Shown here: one piece after another, positions 26,531 through 37,494 of the stretch
How the letters are laid out: each line of letters starts with the position of its first letter
Position numbering within the stretch: position 1 is the first letter of the stretch
DNA from: a virus
IMG/VR virus record: IMGVR_UViG_3300017917_002228
Coordinates: 64,001-128,000 of that record
Reading direction: 5' to 3' (one strand)
Length of the DNA stretch: 64,000 nt
The notes under the pieces: model-generated
What the model was told of the DNA's origin: nothing
Database searches by the model: none
Seen by the model: the letters and a program-made list of their open reading frames with translations, nothing else
Made by a program: the position numbers and the translations under genes

Positions 26531-26902
26531 ATGGCACATTTTGCAGAACTTGATGGTAATAATATAGTAACGAGAGTTATCGTTGTAGGCAACCAAGACA
26601 TTCTCGATGCAAACGGTAATGAGAGTGAAGCAGTAGGCATTGCTTTCTGTCAAAATCTCCTAGGTGGCATCTGGAAGCAAACCAGCTACAATGGTAATTT
26701 TAGAAAGAACTATGCTGGTATCGGTTATACATATCGTGAAGATATCGATGCATTTGTTCCACCACAGCCTTATCCTAGCTGGATTCTAAATACAGATACA
26801 GCACGATGGGAAGCACCAGTTCCTTATCCTACAGATGGTAAGTATTATTACTGGGATGAAGCTACTACATCTTGGGTAGAGATTCCAACTCAGCCAGAAT
26901 AA
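26531..26902 (+). CDS. Conserved MAHFAEL... protein associated with glycine-rich tips
   Basis: WKQTSYN..FRKNYAGIGY.Y....DAF.PPQPYPSW. Confidence 0.8.
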   Translation: MAHFAELDGNNIVTRVIVVGNQDILDANGNESEAVGIAFCQNLLGGIWKQTSYNGNFRKNYAGIGYTYREDIDAFVPPQPYPSWILNTDTARWEAPVPYPTDGKYYYWDEATTSWVEIPTQPE

Positions 26903-26930
26903 TACCATCATTTTAATATGACATCGCGCT

Positions 26931-26938
26931 CATAAATA
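26931..26938 (+). promoter_or_regulatory. Late promoter CATAAATA; equivalent motifs at 23522, 30264, 32424, 37466, 40343, 41364, 44570, 53597
   Basis: TAAATA core precedes every anchor-type gene of the array. Confidence 0.7.
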
Positions 26939-26961
26939 CTAATAAACATATAGGCTTTTAG

Positions 26962-27777
26962 ATGTCAGATATTAAGCAGCAGATTTATTCCGATCAAATT
27001 ACAGTAGAGGGCGTACCTTCAGGTTACGTTCTCTCTTCTAATGGCTCGGCTGCTGTTTGGTCTGCAACTACTGGTTATGCAGGATCTCAAGGTTCTCTAG
27101 GTTATACTGGCTCTAAAGGTGATGCTGGTGCATTTGGCTTTACAGGCTCACAAGGTGAAATAGGTTATACTGGTTCTGTAGGCGATACAGGCTATACTGG
27201 ATCGGTAGGCTTTGTAGGCTCTGCTGGTTATACTGGCTCTCAAGGCGATCAAGGACAGTTTGGTTATACAGGTTCTCTAGGTCCTCTTGGTTATACCGGC
27301 TCAGTTGGTAATCAAGGTACAACAGGTTATACAGGTAGCACCGGCTTTGTAGGTTCGTTTGGCTATACAGGATCTAAAGGCGATCTCGGTTATACCGGTT
27401 CTATTGGTTTCACAGGATCGGCTGGTGCAGGTTATACTGGATCATCAGGTACAGCAACTGCTAACCTCTCTTCACAAGCATTTACTGCAAACGGCACTCA
27501 AACAACATTTGCATTACAAGCAAGTATAGCAGTTCAAAACAACACTATTGTATCTGTTAACGGATTAGTTCTTACCCCATCTATTGATTATACTATATCC
27601 GGTTCTACTTTAACTCTCACATTTACTCCGCAAAACGGAGATGATGTAGAAGTAAGAAACATATCAGATGTAATTACCAGTGGGGTAGGATATACTGGTT
27701 CTGCAGGCACTGGAGGCGGCGGTGGTACTAACACAGCTGTAGTATATACGTACAGTATCATTTTAGGTAGAGGATAA
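26962..27777 (+). CDS. Collagen-like fibre anchor protein, cassette 2
   Basis: QI head, GYTGS repeats, FTANGTQTTFAL domain, tail VYTYSIILGRG. Confidence 0.85.
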   Translation: MSDIKQQIYSDQITVEGVPSGYVLSSNGSAAVWSATTGYAGSQGSLGYTGSKGDAGAFGFTGSQGEIGYTGSVGDTGYTGSVGFVGSAGYTGSQGDQGQFGYTGSLGPLGYTGSVGNQGTTGYTGSTGFVGSFGYTGSKGDLGYTGSIGFTGSAGAGYTGSSGTATANLSSQAFTANGTQTTFALQASIAVQNNTIVSVNGLVLTPSIDYTISGSTLTLTFTPQNGDDVEVRNISDVITSGVGYTGSAGTGGGGGTNTAVVYTYSIILGRG

Positions 27778-27778
27778 A

Positions 27779-28138
27779 ATGGCAAATCCTAATCTCTTAA
27801 GCATAACAACAGTAAGTGGTAAAACAGCTGTTGCAAACGTAAGCAATCTTGCATCTTCTAACGTAGTTGTTAATGCATCAGGAAGCAATACACTAGTCAA
27901 GATTAATAGTCTTGTTATTACTAATACAGATACAGCAAATAACATTGCAATCAATGCTGGTGTTCTCAGATCATCTGTTGTTTATAAAGTAACGTCAAAC
28001 ATTACTGTTCCTGCTAACTCATCACTTATCGCTATTTCTAAAGATGCAAACATCTATCTAGAAGAAGGTGATGCATTAAACGTTATTGCAAGTGCAAATA
28101 ATCTACAAGCCGTGTGTTCATACGAAATAATTGGATAA
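27779..28138 (+). CDS. Fibre adaptor protein, cassette 2
   Basis: MANPNLLSITTV...VPANSSL...IYLEEGD...CSYE. Confidence 0.8.
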   Translation: MANPNLLSITTVSGKTAVANVSNLASSNVVVNASGSNTLVKINSLVITNTDTANNIAINAGVLRSSVVYKVTSNITVPANSSLIAISKDANIYLEEGDALNVIASANNLQAVCSYEIIG

Positions 28139-28141
28139 TAA

Positions 28142-30268
28142 ATGCCTGTATTTTATCCTGGTAATATTTTAAGCTCATCTGAACCTAATCCAGGCTCTGG
28201 TATGTGGAGTATGACTACTCACATGCAGAAACGTAGATCAGGTACATGGCCTGCTACAACTCCTGCAGTAGTACGTGATAGTGAGTTTGAGTATACTACA
28301 TTACTATTAAAAGCAATAGGTGCAAATACAGCTCAAAATGCTACATTTTTAGATAGTTCATCATATAATCTATCAGTAACAAGAAACGGTGACGTTACTC
28401 AAGGTGCATTTTCACCTTATGGTATTGATGATGGAGAATGGTCAGCTTATTTTGATGGTACAGGTGATTATCTGCTAACAAATACATCAGATTTATTAGC
28501 ATTTGGTACTGGAGATTATACTGTTGAATTTTGGGTTTATGGATTATCTTTTGCTTCAGCTCCATACATATACTCGTCTACTAAAGGTGTGTCAACTTGG
28601 TGGCCCAGGTATGCAATTCAAATTGCTGCAAACGGTACACTTAATCTCTATAGTCGCGATTCTACAGGTGAAAGCACTCAAAGTACTTCAGGTACCTTAT
28701 TAGTAAATAGGTGGTATCATGTAGCAGTTTCAAGATCAGGTGGAACTACAAAAGCTTTTCTAGATGGTACTCAAGTATATAGTGGATTTAAAGCAAATGA
28801 TAATATAAACGTTAATCAACGTTTAGAAATAGGAGCTGCATTCGCTTTTAATAGTAATTATTTTAACGGTTATATATCTAACATAAGAGTTATAAAAGGT
28901 ACAGCGTTATATACCACAGGTTTTACACCTACAACTTCACCTTTAACTGCAATATCGGATACCTCAATTCTTATATGTCAAAGTAATCGTTTTATAGACA
29001 AATCTACTAATAACCTTACTGTTACTAAAAACGGTGATGCTAAAATATCAGCATTTACTGCGTTCAATCAAAGCAGTTCTTACTCTGCTGCTACTTATGG
29101 TGGCTCAGCTTACTTTGATGGAACTGGTGATTATTTAACAGCAACTTATAGTACTACCAATCATGATTGGTGGACTTCTGATTATACTATAGAAGCATGG
29201 ATATATTTAACCACATTAACAGGATGGTCGTTCAATGATGCTACGAGAGATATTCCTACCTTAGTGGGAAATATGAACGTAGGAAACAATACTGATTACT
29301 GGTCGTTTGGTCCAATAGCTGGTGGTACTGTAAGATTTTATTACTTTAATGGTGCTGGTAATATAGTAACATCTACTGAAACCGTTAAGTTAGGTCAATG
29401 GAATCATATTGCCATGACTAAAACTAGCTCAGGAGTAACCATATTTGTAAACGGTATTGCTTCAACCGTCACTGCTATATCCGGAACACCTCAATCTTCT
29501 GCAGCAACAGCATTAACTGTAGGAGGTTATAGCAGTACGGTTATTAATGGTTATGTCTCTAATTTAAGAATAGTAAAGGGTACTGCAGTATATTCAGGTA
29601 ACTTTACTCCTCCTACTGCTCCGTTAACTGCAATTACTAACACTTCTCTCTTACTTAATGCATCAAACGCTGGTATTGTTGATGCAAGTAGAAAGTTTCC
29701 ATTATATGTTGTAGGAGATGCAAAGGTCTCTACAAACGTATTTAAATATGATAAGTCAGTAGCTTTTGATGGTACTGGAGATTATGTATTAGTTCCAGCT
29801 GCTTCATATACCGATGAGTTTTTATTTGGTTCAGGAAACTTTACTGTAGAAACCTGGGTTAGATTTACTGCACTTGGCCAAAATAGATGTTTAGTAGATG
29901 CTTGGGTATCCGGTCAATCAGCATCGTGGCAACTATACTACAGCAATTCTAGTCAAAAAATATTATGGTATGTTGGAAGTTCTGCACTATTAACCAGTAC
30001 CACTACTCCGTTAGTTGATACATGGTATCATGTAGCAGTCACTAGAAGTGGTACCACTTCTAGAATGTTTATCAACGGGGTGCTAGAATCAACAGAACCT
30101 TCTATTTCGCCTAACTATAACTACAAAGCACCTCTTGCTTTAGGAGTTCAGTATTCTACCTTAACTAACTACTTAAACGGTTATATGGAAGATACAAGAA
30201 TAACCAGAGGTGTTGCACGCTATACAGGTGCATTTACCCCACCTACAACTTCACTACCTACTGCATAA
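28142..30268 (+). CDS. Triple LamG/ConA-like domain tip protein
   Basis: Three repeats of YFDGTGDY..FG.GD(F/Y)TVE.W ... W.H.A..R ... GY.S..R..KG.A.Y. Confidence 0.9.
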   Translation: MPVFYPGNILSSSEPNPGSGMWSMTTHMQKRRSGTWPATTPAVVRDSEFEYTTLLLKAIGANTAQNATFLDSSSYNLSVTRNGDVTQGAFSPYGIDDGEWSAYFDGTGDYLLTNTSDLLAFGTGDYTVEFWVYGLSFASAPYIYSSTKGVSTWWPRYAIQIAANGTLNLYSRDSTGESTQSTSGTLLVNRWYHVAVSRSGGTTKAFLDGTQVYSGFKANDNINVNQRLEIGAAFAFNSNYFNGYISNIRVIKGTALYTTGFTPTTSPLTAISDTSILICQSNRFIDKSTNNLTVTKNGDAKISAFTAFNQSSSYSAATYGGSAYFDGTGDYLTATYSTTNHDWWTSDYTIEAWIYLTTLTGWSFNDATRDIPTLVGNMNVGNNTDYWSFGPIAGGTVRFYYFNGAGNIVTSTETVKLGQWNHIAMTKTSSGVTIFVNGIASTVTAISGTPQSSAATALTVGGYSSTVINGYVSNLRIVKGTAVYSGNFTPPTAPLTAITNTSLLLNASNAGIVDASRKFPLYVVGDAKVSTNVFKYDKSVAFDGTGDYVLVPAASYTDEFLFGSGNFTVETWVRFTALGQNRCLVDAWVSGQSASWQLYYSNSSQKILWYVGSSALLTSTTTPLVDTWYHVAVTRSGTTSRMFINGVLESTEPSISPNYNYKAPLALGVQYSTLTNYLNGYMEDTRITRGVARYTGAFTPPTTSLPTA

Positions 30269-30293
30269 ATATTATTAAAATGTAAGAGAAACA

Positions 30294-30647
30294 ATGCCAG
30301 TAAAACAAATTAAACCATATCAGATTAGCGCTAATGGTAGTTTAAACGGACAGATACTTTCGTCCAACGGAAGCGCTGTATACTGGGCTAATAATACTGG
30401 CGGAGGCGGTGGTCCTGGTGTTAATGCTGATTCATCATATACCTGGACTAATACCCATATCTTTACCAATCAGACTAACTCTCAGAACGATGTGTCAGGC
30501 GCCGTTATTATACAAGGTGGTTTAGCTGTTAATAATAACATTAGCACTGGTGGAAGAATTGCTTTCTCTAACTCAGTAAATATCACCGTAGCCTATCTGG
30601 TTTATAACGTAAGTACAAATAGTATTGATACAGTGTTTGGTTCATAA
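30294..30647 (+). CDS. Short fibre anchor protein, cassette 3
   Basis: QISANGS.NGQILSSNGSAVYW head; tail YNVSTNSIDTVFGS. Confidence 0.8.
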   Translation: MPVKQIKPYQISANGSLNGQILSSNGSAVYWANNTGGGGGPGVNADSSYTWTNTHIFTNQTNSQNDVSGAVIIQGGLAVNNNISTGGRIAFSNSVNITVAYLVYNVSTNSIDTVFGS

Positions 30648-32428
30648 TGCCTATTGTTTCAAAACAATATTCAAATGGCACATATTACGCTGCTGAATTT
30701 GATGAAACTCCCTTTATAGTAGACATATTAGGTGTGGGTGCCGGAGGTGGTGGCGGCTCTATTCACCCTGGATTATATCCAGGAGGCGGTGGTGGTGGAG
30801 GTGCTGGTGGCTTATTTTATAGAAAATTTAGCTTACAACAGGGTAGTTATACTGTAGTTGTAGGTGGTGGTGGTGTAGGTGGTGTGCAGGGTACTACTGC
30901 GTCTGGTAACGGCTCTAATACTTCTATATCAGGTATAATTAATGGTTCTTCTAATACTTGGATAGGTATTGGAGGTGGAGGCGGGGGCACTCAAGGGTTT
31001 AATAGAACACAAGGTGTTAATGGTGGATCTGGTGGAGGAGCTGCTGTTGATATAACTTTTTATGACAATACAGCAGGTTCAGGACTACAGCCAGAGTCAG
31101 TAGTAGGAGGTTTAGGTAACAGAGGTGGTTATCATAACAGTTCTGGTGGTGGTGGTGGAGGCGCAGGAGCAGTAGGTGGCAACGGCAGAGGCAGTGGCGC
31201 TGGCGGACTAGGCGGTAACGGAGTATTCTTTAATATTACTGGCAACAATACCCCATACGCAGGCGGCGGAGGTGCTGGAGGAGGCTATTCAGTAGCTACA
31301 GGTGGTGTAGGAGGCGGCGGAAATACAGACACATCTGGTGTAGTTAATACAGGAGGAGGTGGTGGTGGCGCAACAGGAGCAGGTACTGGTGGATCAGGCG
31401 GATCTGGTATTCTAATTATATCTTACCCTGGTGCTCAATTTGCTACTGGTGGTACTATAACTACTAATGGTTCTAATACCGTTCATACATTTACTTCTAC
31501 AGGAACATTTACTATAGGACAAGTCAGTAAACTTTATAGTAATGGTTCTTTAAGAATAGCATCTCAGTTAGATGAAAGTAATACAAGTTTTACAGGCTCA
31601 GTCAAACTTAACGCTAACGGTACACTATCAGTCAAACAAATAGATGAAATAGGACCGGTATATGTTGCTAATATTTTAGTAGCCGGAGGCGGAGGGGGAG
31701 GAGGAGGATCCTCCTTGTCTAGCTTATCAGCTATCGGTGGAGGAGGCGGTGCTGGTGGTTTATATGTAAGTAACACTCTAATTATGATGTCCGGGTTAGA
31801 ATATGCAGTAGTAATAGGAAGCGGGGGTGCAGGAGGCACTCAAACTGTTGCAGGATCACCAGGATCTAATACTACATTTACAGGTCAGGTATCTGCAAGT
31901 GCTTATAGATTGTTTTCTAATACCATTACTGCTATAGGTGGTGGAGGTGCACAATCATATACCGGATCTGGTAGAGTATCTATTCAAAATGATGGTGGAA
32001 GTGGTGCTGGCGGCACATATGCTTTTGGCAGTGTAGGTGGAAGAGGTTCTGGTTTACAACCTTCATCTTTATGGGGAGGTTTAGGTAATCAAGGTGGATT
32101 AGGAAGTAGCGGAGGTTCAGCTGGAGGAGGTGGTGGTGCTGGTGGTGTAGGGTTTAATGGAGAAGCAGGTGCTGGATATTCTTCTACTATTACCGGTACA
32201 TCTGTGACTTACTGCAGAGGTGGTGATACTAATAACGGTGTTCCTACTACCTGGGGTGGAGGCGGAGGAGGTAGAAATGCTGGTAGCGGTGGTAATGGCA
32301 TTAGCGGTAATAATGGTATTGTAATTATAGCATACAATGGACCTCAGCGCGGAACAGGTGGTACAGTATCAACTAATAGCACCTATACTGTTCATACGTT
32401 TACATCTAGTGGAACTTATATAGCATAA
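30647..32428 (+). CDS. Double glycine-rich domain tip protein
   Basis: Two GGGGG/GGSG.II.Y/HTFTS.GT units, each preceded by an SNG...DE linker. Confidence 0.85.
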   Translation: MPIVSKQYSNGTYYAAEFDETPFIVDILGVGAGGGGGSIHPGLYPGGGGGGGAGGLFYRKFSLQQGSYTVVVGGGGVGGVQGTTASGNGSNTSISGIINGSSNTWIGIGGGGGGTQGFNRTQGVNGGSGGGAAVDITFYDNTAGSGLQPESVVGGLGNRGGYHNSSGGGGGGAGAVGGNGRGSGAGGLGGNGVFFNITGNNTPYAGGGGAGGGYSVATGGVGGGGNTDTSGVVNTGGGGGGATGAGTGGSGGSGILIISYPGAQFATGGTITTNGSNTVHTFTSTGTFTIGQVSKLYSNGSLRIASQLDESNTSFTGSVKLNANGTLSVKQIDEIGPVYVANILVAGGGGGGGGSSLSSLSAIGGGGGAGGLYVSNTLIMMSGLEYAVVIGSGGAGGTQTVAGSPGSNTTFTGQVSASAYRLFSNTITAIGGGGAQSYTGSGRVSIQNDGGSGAGGTYAFGSVGGRGSGLQPSSLWGGLGNQGGLGSSGGSAGGGGGAGGVGFNGEAGAGYSSTITGTSVTYCRGGDTNNGVPTTWGGGGGGRNAGSGGNGISGNNGIVIIAYNGPQRGTGGTVSTNSTYTVHTFTSSGTYIA

Positions 32429-32455
32429 ATATAACGATATTCTAATAGGGTTAAG

Positions 32456-33961
32456 ATGGCTAAGTTACAAGACGGCACACGAATTTTTGGATCTGCTAAT
32501 GTCGACAATCAAGTGGTTGCCGGCAATTCATTTAATGTTGGCACATCTACTCTTAACTCTACATCTCTTGCTGTAAGATCTATTGTTGCAAACGGATCGA
32601 TAGGAACTGCTAGTCAAGTACTATCATCTAATGGTTCTGCTATCTACTGGAGCACAACAGTAGGTTATGCAGGTTCAGCTGGTACTACTGGATTTACTGG
32701 TAGTGTTGGATTTGTTGGATCCGCAGGCACTAACGGGTTTACTGGTTCAATAGGTTTTACGGGCTCTGTAGGCTTTGTTGGTTCTACTGGTGTAGGTTTT
32801 GCAGGTTCTGCAGGCACTAATGGTTTTACCGGCTCAATAGGCCCTATTGGTTATACCGGCTCTCCTGGTACTGGTGGCGGCGGTGGAGGTGGTACTATAA
32901 TAGGTAATGCTGTTATTGATAACTATACAGGCAACGGTTCCAATACAGTTTATACGTTAACTACGGGCGTAACTAATCAAAATAACATTATTGTAAGCGT
33001 TAATGGTCTAGTCTTAACTCCTGCAGTTCACTTTACAGTTTCTAATACAACTCTTACATTTACCTTTACTCCTGCTAATAATGATTACATAACAGTTCGC
33101 AATCAAGAGCAAGGCACTGGTGTTACTGGTTTTACAGGATCTGCAGGTGCTGGTTTTACTGGCTCTTCTGGGTTTACAGGATCAGCAGGGGCTGTAACTC
33201 TTAGTACTAACAATAATATTTTTTATTGGAATTCTATTATAAACGGTAACGTAGTTACCGGTAATATTCAAACAGGTGCGGTTAGTGGTGGTTCTGCTAC
33301 TACTTATAGTGGTTTAGCAAATGGTTTTATTTTAACTAATACAACCGGACAAAGAGGCGCAGTATATTGGGATGCTAATACATCTTCTTGGATTAATCAG
33401 GAATTTACAATAGAAGCAAGTTTTGCAGCAGCAAATGGAACTGCAGTACCAGCAGATTGGATGCAGGTTATAGTTGGTGCTAATACTATAAACTTACCTA
33501 ACAGTAGCACACTATCTGTAACTGGCGGTTACGGTATATATGTAGATTATTATAATAAAAGGTTTGCAGTAGAATTTAATCAAAGCAATACAGTTTTTAT
33601 ACCTTTTATTCCATTAGGTAATTCTACTACCTCTGCTGCAGCTCCAGGCGGTATTAGTGTTTATAATACAACACAGCAATTTTATACTTTAAGTTTAAAA
33701 TTTTTAAATGTAAATAATAGAAGAAGATTAGATATTTACTTAAATGAATCGTTCCAAGCATCTGCAAATTTAGAAAGCTATACTCCTCTTGGTAATCTTT
33801 TAGGAGTAGCAGCCGCTACAGGTGGTGCATCTGCAACTACTTATTTTAGACAACTAAAAGTAACTAGAGATGGTGGTGTAATAGGATTTACAGGATCGGC
33901 AGGAACAGGTGGTATAACTACAGGCAAAACTATTGCAATGGCAATAGTCTTCGGAGGATAA
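32456..33961 (+). CDS. Fibre anchor with collagen tracts and a lectin-like domain, cassette 4
   Basis: MAKLQDGTRIFG; GFTGS repeats; YTGNG..T.YTL domain; LT....Q.GAVYW...AATGG legume-lectin-like insert; tail GKTIAMAIVFGG. Confidence 0.85.
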   Translation: MAKLQDGTRIFGSANVDNQVVAGNSFNVGTSTLNSTSLAVRSIVANGSIGTASQVLSSNGSAIYWSTTVGYAGSAGTTGFTGSVGFVGSAGTNGFTGSIGFTGSVGFVGSTGVGFAGSAGTNGFTGSIGPIGYTGSPGTGGGGGGGTIIGNAVIDNYTGNGSNTVYTLTTGVTNQNNIIVSVNGLVLTPAVHFTVSNTTLTFTFTPANNDYITVRNQEQGTGVTGFTGSAGAGFTGSSGFTGSAGAVTLSTNNNIFYWNSIINGNVVTGNIQTGAVSGGSATTYSGLANGFILTNTTGQRGAVYWDANTSSWINQEFTIEASFAAANGTAVPADWMQVIVGANTINLPNSSTLSVTGGYGIYVDYYNKRFAVEFNQSNTVFIPFIPLGNSTTSAAAPGGISVYNTTQQFYTLSLKFLNVNNRRRLDIYLNESFQASANLESYTPLGNLLGVAAATGGASATTYFRQLKVTRDGGVIGFTGSAGTGGITTGKTIAMAIVFGG

Positions 33962-33962
33962 A

Positions 33963-34319
33963 ATGGCTAACCCTAATATAGTGAATGTTACTACTATTTT
34001 CGGTAATGTTGTAGCACAGGCAGTAACAACTACAGCAGCTGCCATTGTAACTAATCCAGCAAGCTCAGGAGCTGTATATAAAATAAACAGCTTAAGTGTT
34101 GCTAACATTAATACAGCAGCTGCAGCTATTACTTTAGAAATTAATATTGGCGGTGTTAATACCTTTATTGCTAGAGCTGTTTCTGTTCCTGCTAACTCTG
34201 CATTAGCAGTCATAGGTAAAGATACTGGTATATACCTAACAGAAAATAGCTCACTTCAAGTAACAGCTTCGGCAAACTCTTATCTACAAGCAGTATGCAG
34301 TTTCGAACAGATAAGTTAA
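33963..34319 (+). CDS. Fibre adaptor protein, cassette 4
   Basis: MANPNIVNVTTI...KINSL.VAN...VPANSAL...IYL.E...CSFE. Confidence 0.8.
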   Translation: MANPNIVNVTTIFGNVVAQAVTTTAAAIVTNPASSGAVYKINSLSVANINTAAAAITLEINIGGVNTFIARAVSVPANSALAVIGKDTGIYLTENSSLQVTASANSYLQAVCSFEQIS

Positions 34320-34320
34320 T

Positions 34321-36501
34321 ATGCGTTATAGACTTAATGGCGGAGTCATTGGACCAGTAAACGATCCTAATCTTTACACTGCCCCTGGCATGTGGAGTAT
34401 GACTGATGTTTACAATGGTGGCCTATCTATGTTGTGGCCTGGCCGTTTTTCTATAGAAGCTAATACCAATCTTTATTCTATAATGTACCATAATGATGGT
34501 GCAAATACAGCTACAGTAGGCACCTTTACTGATAGCTCAACAAATAACCTTACAATTAATAGAGTAGGTAACGCTTCTCAAGGGTCAGCTAGCCCATGGT
34601 CTGTTAAAGAAGGTTATTGGGGTGCTGCTTTTGTTAATAGAAGTTATATTAATTCAGTAACTGGTTCAGGAATGTATGCATATGTTCCTAACGGTACTCA
34701 ATTTGATATGGGTACTGGTGACTTTACATTAGAATGCTGGATTAATCCTTCATCTTTACCCGCTGCTGATACTTGGCCTACAAATTGGTTTAACCATTCG
34801 TCATTAATAGGAAGAGGTACACCTAACGCTGGTGATGGTTATAATCTTATTTTAGGCGCTACCAAGCTTATATTTCAGAATAACGATGTGCTGATAGCTT
34901 CAGGCAACCATAACATGTCTGTTGCTAGATGGTATCATGTTGCAGCATGTAGATCAAGCGGCACATTAAGATTGTTTGTTAACGGTGTTACTGTAGCTAA
35001 CGTTGCTTTCTCTTCTTCTGTGGGTGCTGGATCTAACTTTTATATTGGATGTGAGACTGGACAAGGTGCTTTTTTTGATGGCTTAATGAGTAACATAAGA
35101 GTTACTAAGTCGGCTCTTTATACTGCTGATTTTACTCCATCTACTACACCATTAACTAAAGTAACCAATACTTCACTTCTTACTTTCCAAAGCAATAGAT
35201 TTGTTGATAACAGCGATAATGGGGCAGCAGTAACATACGTAAATAACTGCGGTGCTACTCCTATGAGCCCGTTCTTACCAGACTGGAAATATACTCCATC
35301 TATACATGGAGGAGCGGCATATTTAGATGGTGATGGTGATAATTTTACTGTAGATGATAATGCAGTGTTTGAGTTTGGTAGCGGAGCGTTTAGCATAGAG
35401 TGTTGGATATATCCTACTTCTCTCAAAGGCTATCAGGGTATATTGGGTAAAACTGGTACAGTCGACCAGCAAGGATGGGTTCTTACATTTGAAACTAATA
35501 ACAGAGTTTATTTTTATGCAGGTAACGGTTCTTGGACTGTTGCTATGGATTCTGGTTGGACACCTCCACCTTATCAATGGTCTCATATTGTAGTAACTAG
35601 AGATACAAGCAACGTCTGGCGCATATTCTCTAACGGAATATTAAGAGCATCTACTACCAATAGCGTAACCTTATCTGATTATGGTGGTGCATTCTATATT
35701 GGTAAATGGCCTTATTTTCCAAGCTACTCTACTAACAAAGATTTTGGACCTGGATTCTTTACCGGGGTAAGAGTAGTAAAAGGTGGAATGATATCTGCTT
35801 ATAACACTGCTAGTACTACTGCAGGCACTAAAATTTACGACGTTCCTACAACTCCTCCATCTATTAATGATGGAGTAACAGCAGGTAGTATTGTCTTACT
35901 AGCAGGATTTACAGGTGCACAAGTATATGATGCTACAGGAAGATCAGCTGTATCCCCTATTAATGATGCTAAACTAATAGCTGGACAAGCTAAGTTTGGT
36001 ACCGCATCTATGTATTTTGACGGTACTACCGACTACTATAATCTTCTAACATATCCAGGTGTACTTCCTAACGGTAATGATCTTTATACTATTGAAATGT
36101 GGATAAAACCATTAGGTTATGGTGCTTATACTATGTTTGGTTTTAACGGAGGTGGTACTAATAACTTAGCTAATACATTTAGAATGACTACTACCGGTCT
36201 AATGAACTATTGGTGGGGTAATGATTTGTCTGCTACTGTTGCAGGCTTAACTGATGGTAACTGGCATCATGTAGTAGCTCAATTTGATGGTACTACAAGA
36301 GCTATTTACGTTGATGGTACTAGAGTAGCATCTGATACTCCTGGAACTTCTCATAACGTACCATTTGCTACCACTTATACTATAGGTAGAGGCTATAGTA
36401 CAGAAGACTTCTTTGGTTATATTGACGAGTTGGTTATTCATAGATATGCCAAATATTCTGGAACATCTTATACTGTACCAACAAGGGCTTATGACATCTA
36501 A
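34321..36501 (+). CDS. Triple LamG/ConA-like domain tip protein
   Basis: FTLECW, WYHVAA.R, KFGTASMYFDGT, WHHVV, GYIDE. Confidence 0.9.
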   Translation: MRYRLNGGVIGPVNDPNLYTAPGMWSMTDVYNGGLSMLWPGRFSIEANTNLYSIMYHNDGANTATVGTFTDSSTNNLTINRVGNASQGSASPWSVKEGYWGAAFVNRSYINSVTGSGMYAYVPNGTQFDMGTGDFTLECWINPSSLPAADTWPTNWFNHSSLIGRGTPNAGDGYNLILGATKLIFQNNDVLIASGNHNMSVARWYHVAACRSSGTLRLFVNGVTVANVAFSSSVGAGSNFYIGCETGQGAFFDGLMSNIRVTKSALYTADFTPSTTPLTKVTNTSLLTFQSNRFVDNSDNGAAVTYVNNCGATPMSPFLPDWKYTPSIHGGAAYLDGDGDNFTVDDNAVFEFGSGAFSIECWIYPTSLKGYQGILGKTGTVDQQGWVLTFETNNRVYFYAGNGSWTVAMDSGWTPPPYQWSHIVVTRDTSNVWRIFSNGILRASTTNSVTLSDYGGAFYIGKWPYFPSYSTNKDFGPGFFTGVRVVKGGMISAYNTASTTAGTKIYDVPTTPPSINDGVTAGSIVLLAGFTGAQVYDATGRSAVSPINDAKLIAGQAKFGTASMYFDGTTDYYNLLTYPGVLPNGNDLYTIEMWIKPLGYGAYTMFGFNGGGTNNLANTFRMTTTGLMNYWWGNDLSATVAGLTDGNWHHVVAQFDGTTRAIYVDGTRVASDTPGTSHNVPFATTYTIGRGYSTEDFFGYIDELVIHRYAKYSGTSYTVPTRAYDI

Positions 36502-37463
36502 TGCCAAGATCTAGAGGTAATGGAGGCATCACCGGGTCTATATCAAGCGCTAGTTCTACAGCAGCTAGTGGTATGTTTGGGTTATCAGATGCTGATAATA
36601 ATATTAAAAAAAGCAAATGGCCAGAAACTGTTATTCCAGCTTTTGTAGCTAACTATCTTATAGTAGCCGGAGGTGGTGGTGGTGGCGGTCCTAATTTAGC
36701 TGCAAGCGGTGGTGGTGGTGGTGGAGGAGTTTTATCTGGTAACGTTAATCTAACAGGTCTCACTTCAGCAACTATAACAATAGGCGGCGGAGGTGCAGCA
36801 GATATAAACGGCTCTAACAGCTCTATAGCATTTGCAGGTTCAAATACTTCTACGCTTAATGCAATAGGTGGTGGTGCTGGTGGCAACTTTGTTGCTTGGA
36901 ATAGTGGTGATAATGGTAGCGCTGGTGGTTCTGGTGGTGGAGGTTCTGGTAACTATTATGGTGGTTATGCAGGAGGAGCAGGAACTGCTGGACAAGGATT
37001 TGATGGTGGTTCTGGTGCTATTTTTAGTAATGGTGTTTATAAAGGTGGAGGAGGCGGTGGTGCAGGAGCTGTAGGAGGAAATGCTGGAGCAACTTCACAA
37101 GGCAATGGTGGTGATGGTCGCTATAGCTCTATATCTGGCACTAGTACAGCTTACGCCGGAGGCGGAGGTGGTGGTGCTATTAACGAAAGCGGTGGTACTT
37201 CCGGAGGTTCTGCGGGTGTAGGGGGCGGTGGTGTAGGAGGAAGAGGTAACGGCACTCAGTTAGGCACAAACGGTGGTACTAATACAGGCGGTGGAGGTGG
37301 TGGAGGTGGAAACCCAGCATGTTCTGGAGGCTCCGGGGTTATTATATTCTCTTATCCTACACTGTTTAATAATGTAGCTTCAACTACAGGTACAGTCACA
37401 TATTCAGAGGCTGCAAGAAATAGAATCTTTACATTTACCGGTACTGGTAGTATAACATTCTAA
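36501..37463 (+). CDS. Glycine-rich tip protein
   Basis: NYLIVAGGGGGG ... YAGGGGGG ... FTGTGSITF; N-terminal GGI.G...GMF.L....W shared with the LamG tips. Confidence 0.85.
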   Translation: MPRSRGNGGITGSISSASSTAASGMFGLSDADNNIKKSKWPETVIPAFVANYLIVAGGGGGGGPNLAASGGGGGGGVLSGNVNLTGLTSATITIGGGGAADINGSNSSIAFAGSNTSTLNAIGGGAGGNFVAWNSGDNGSAGGSGGGGSGNYYGGYAGGAGTAGQGFDGGSGAIFSNGVYKGGGGGGAGAVGGNAGATSQGNGGDGRYSSISGTSTAYAGGGGGGAINESGGTSGGSAGVGGGGVGGRGNGTQLGTNGGTNTGGGGGGGGNPACSGGSGVIIFSYPTLFNNVASTTGTVTYSEAARNRIFTFTGTGSITF

Positions 37464-37494
37464 TGCATAAATACATAAAACATATGGATAACTA

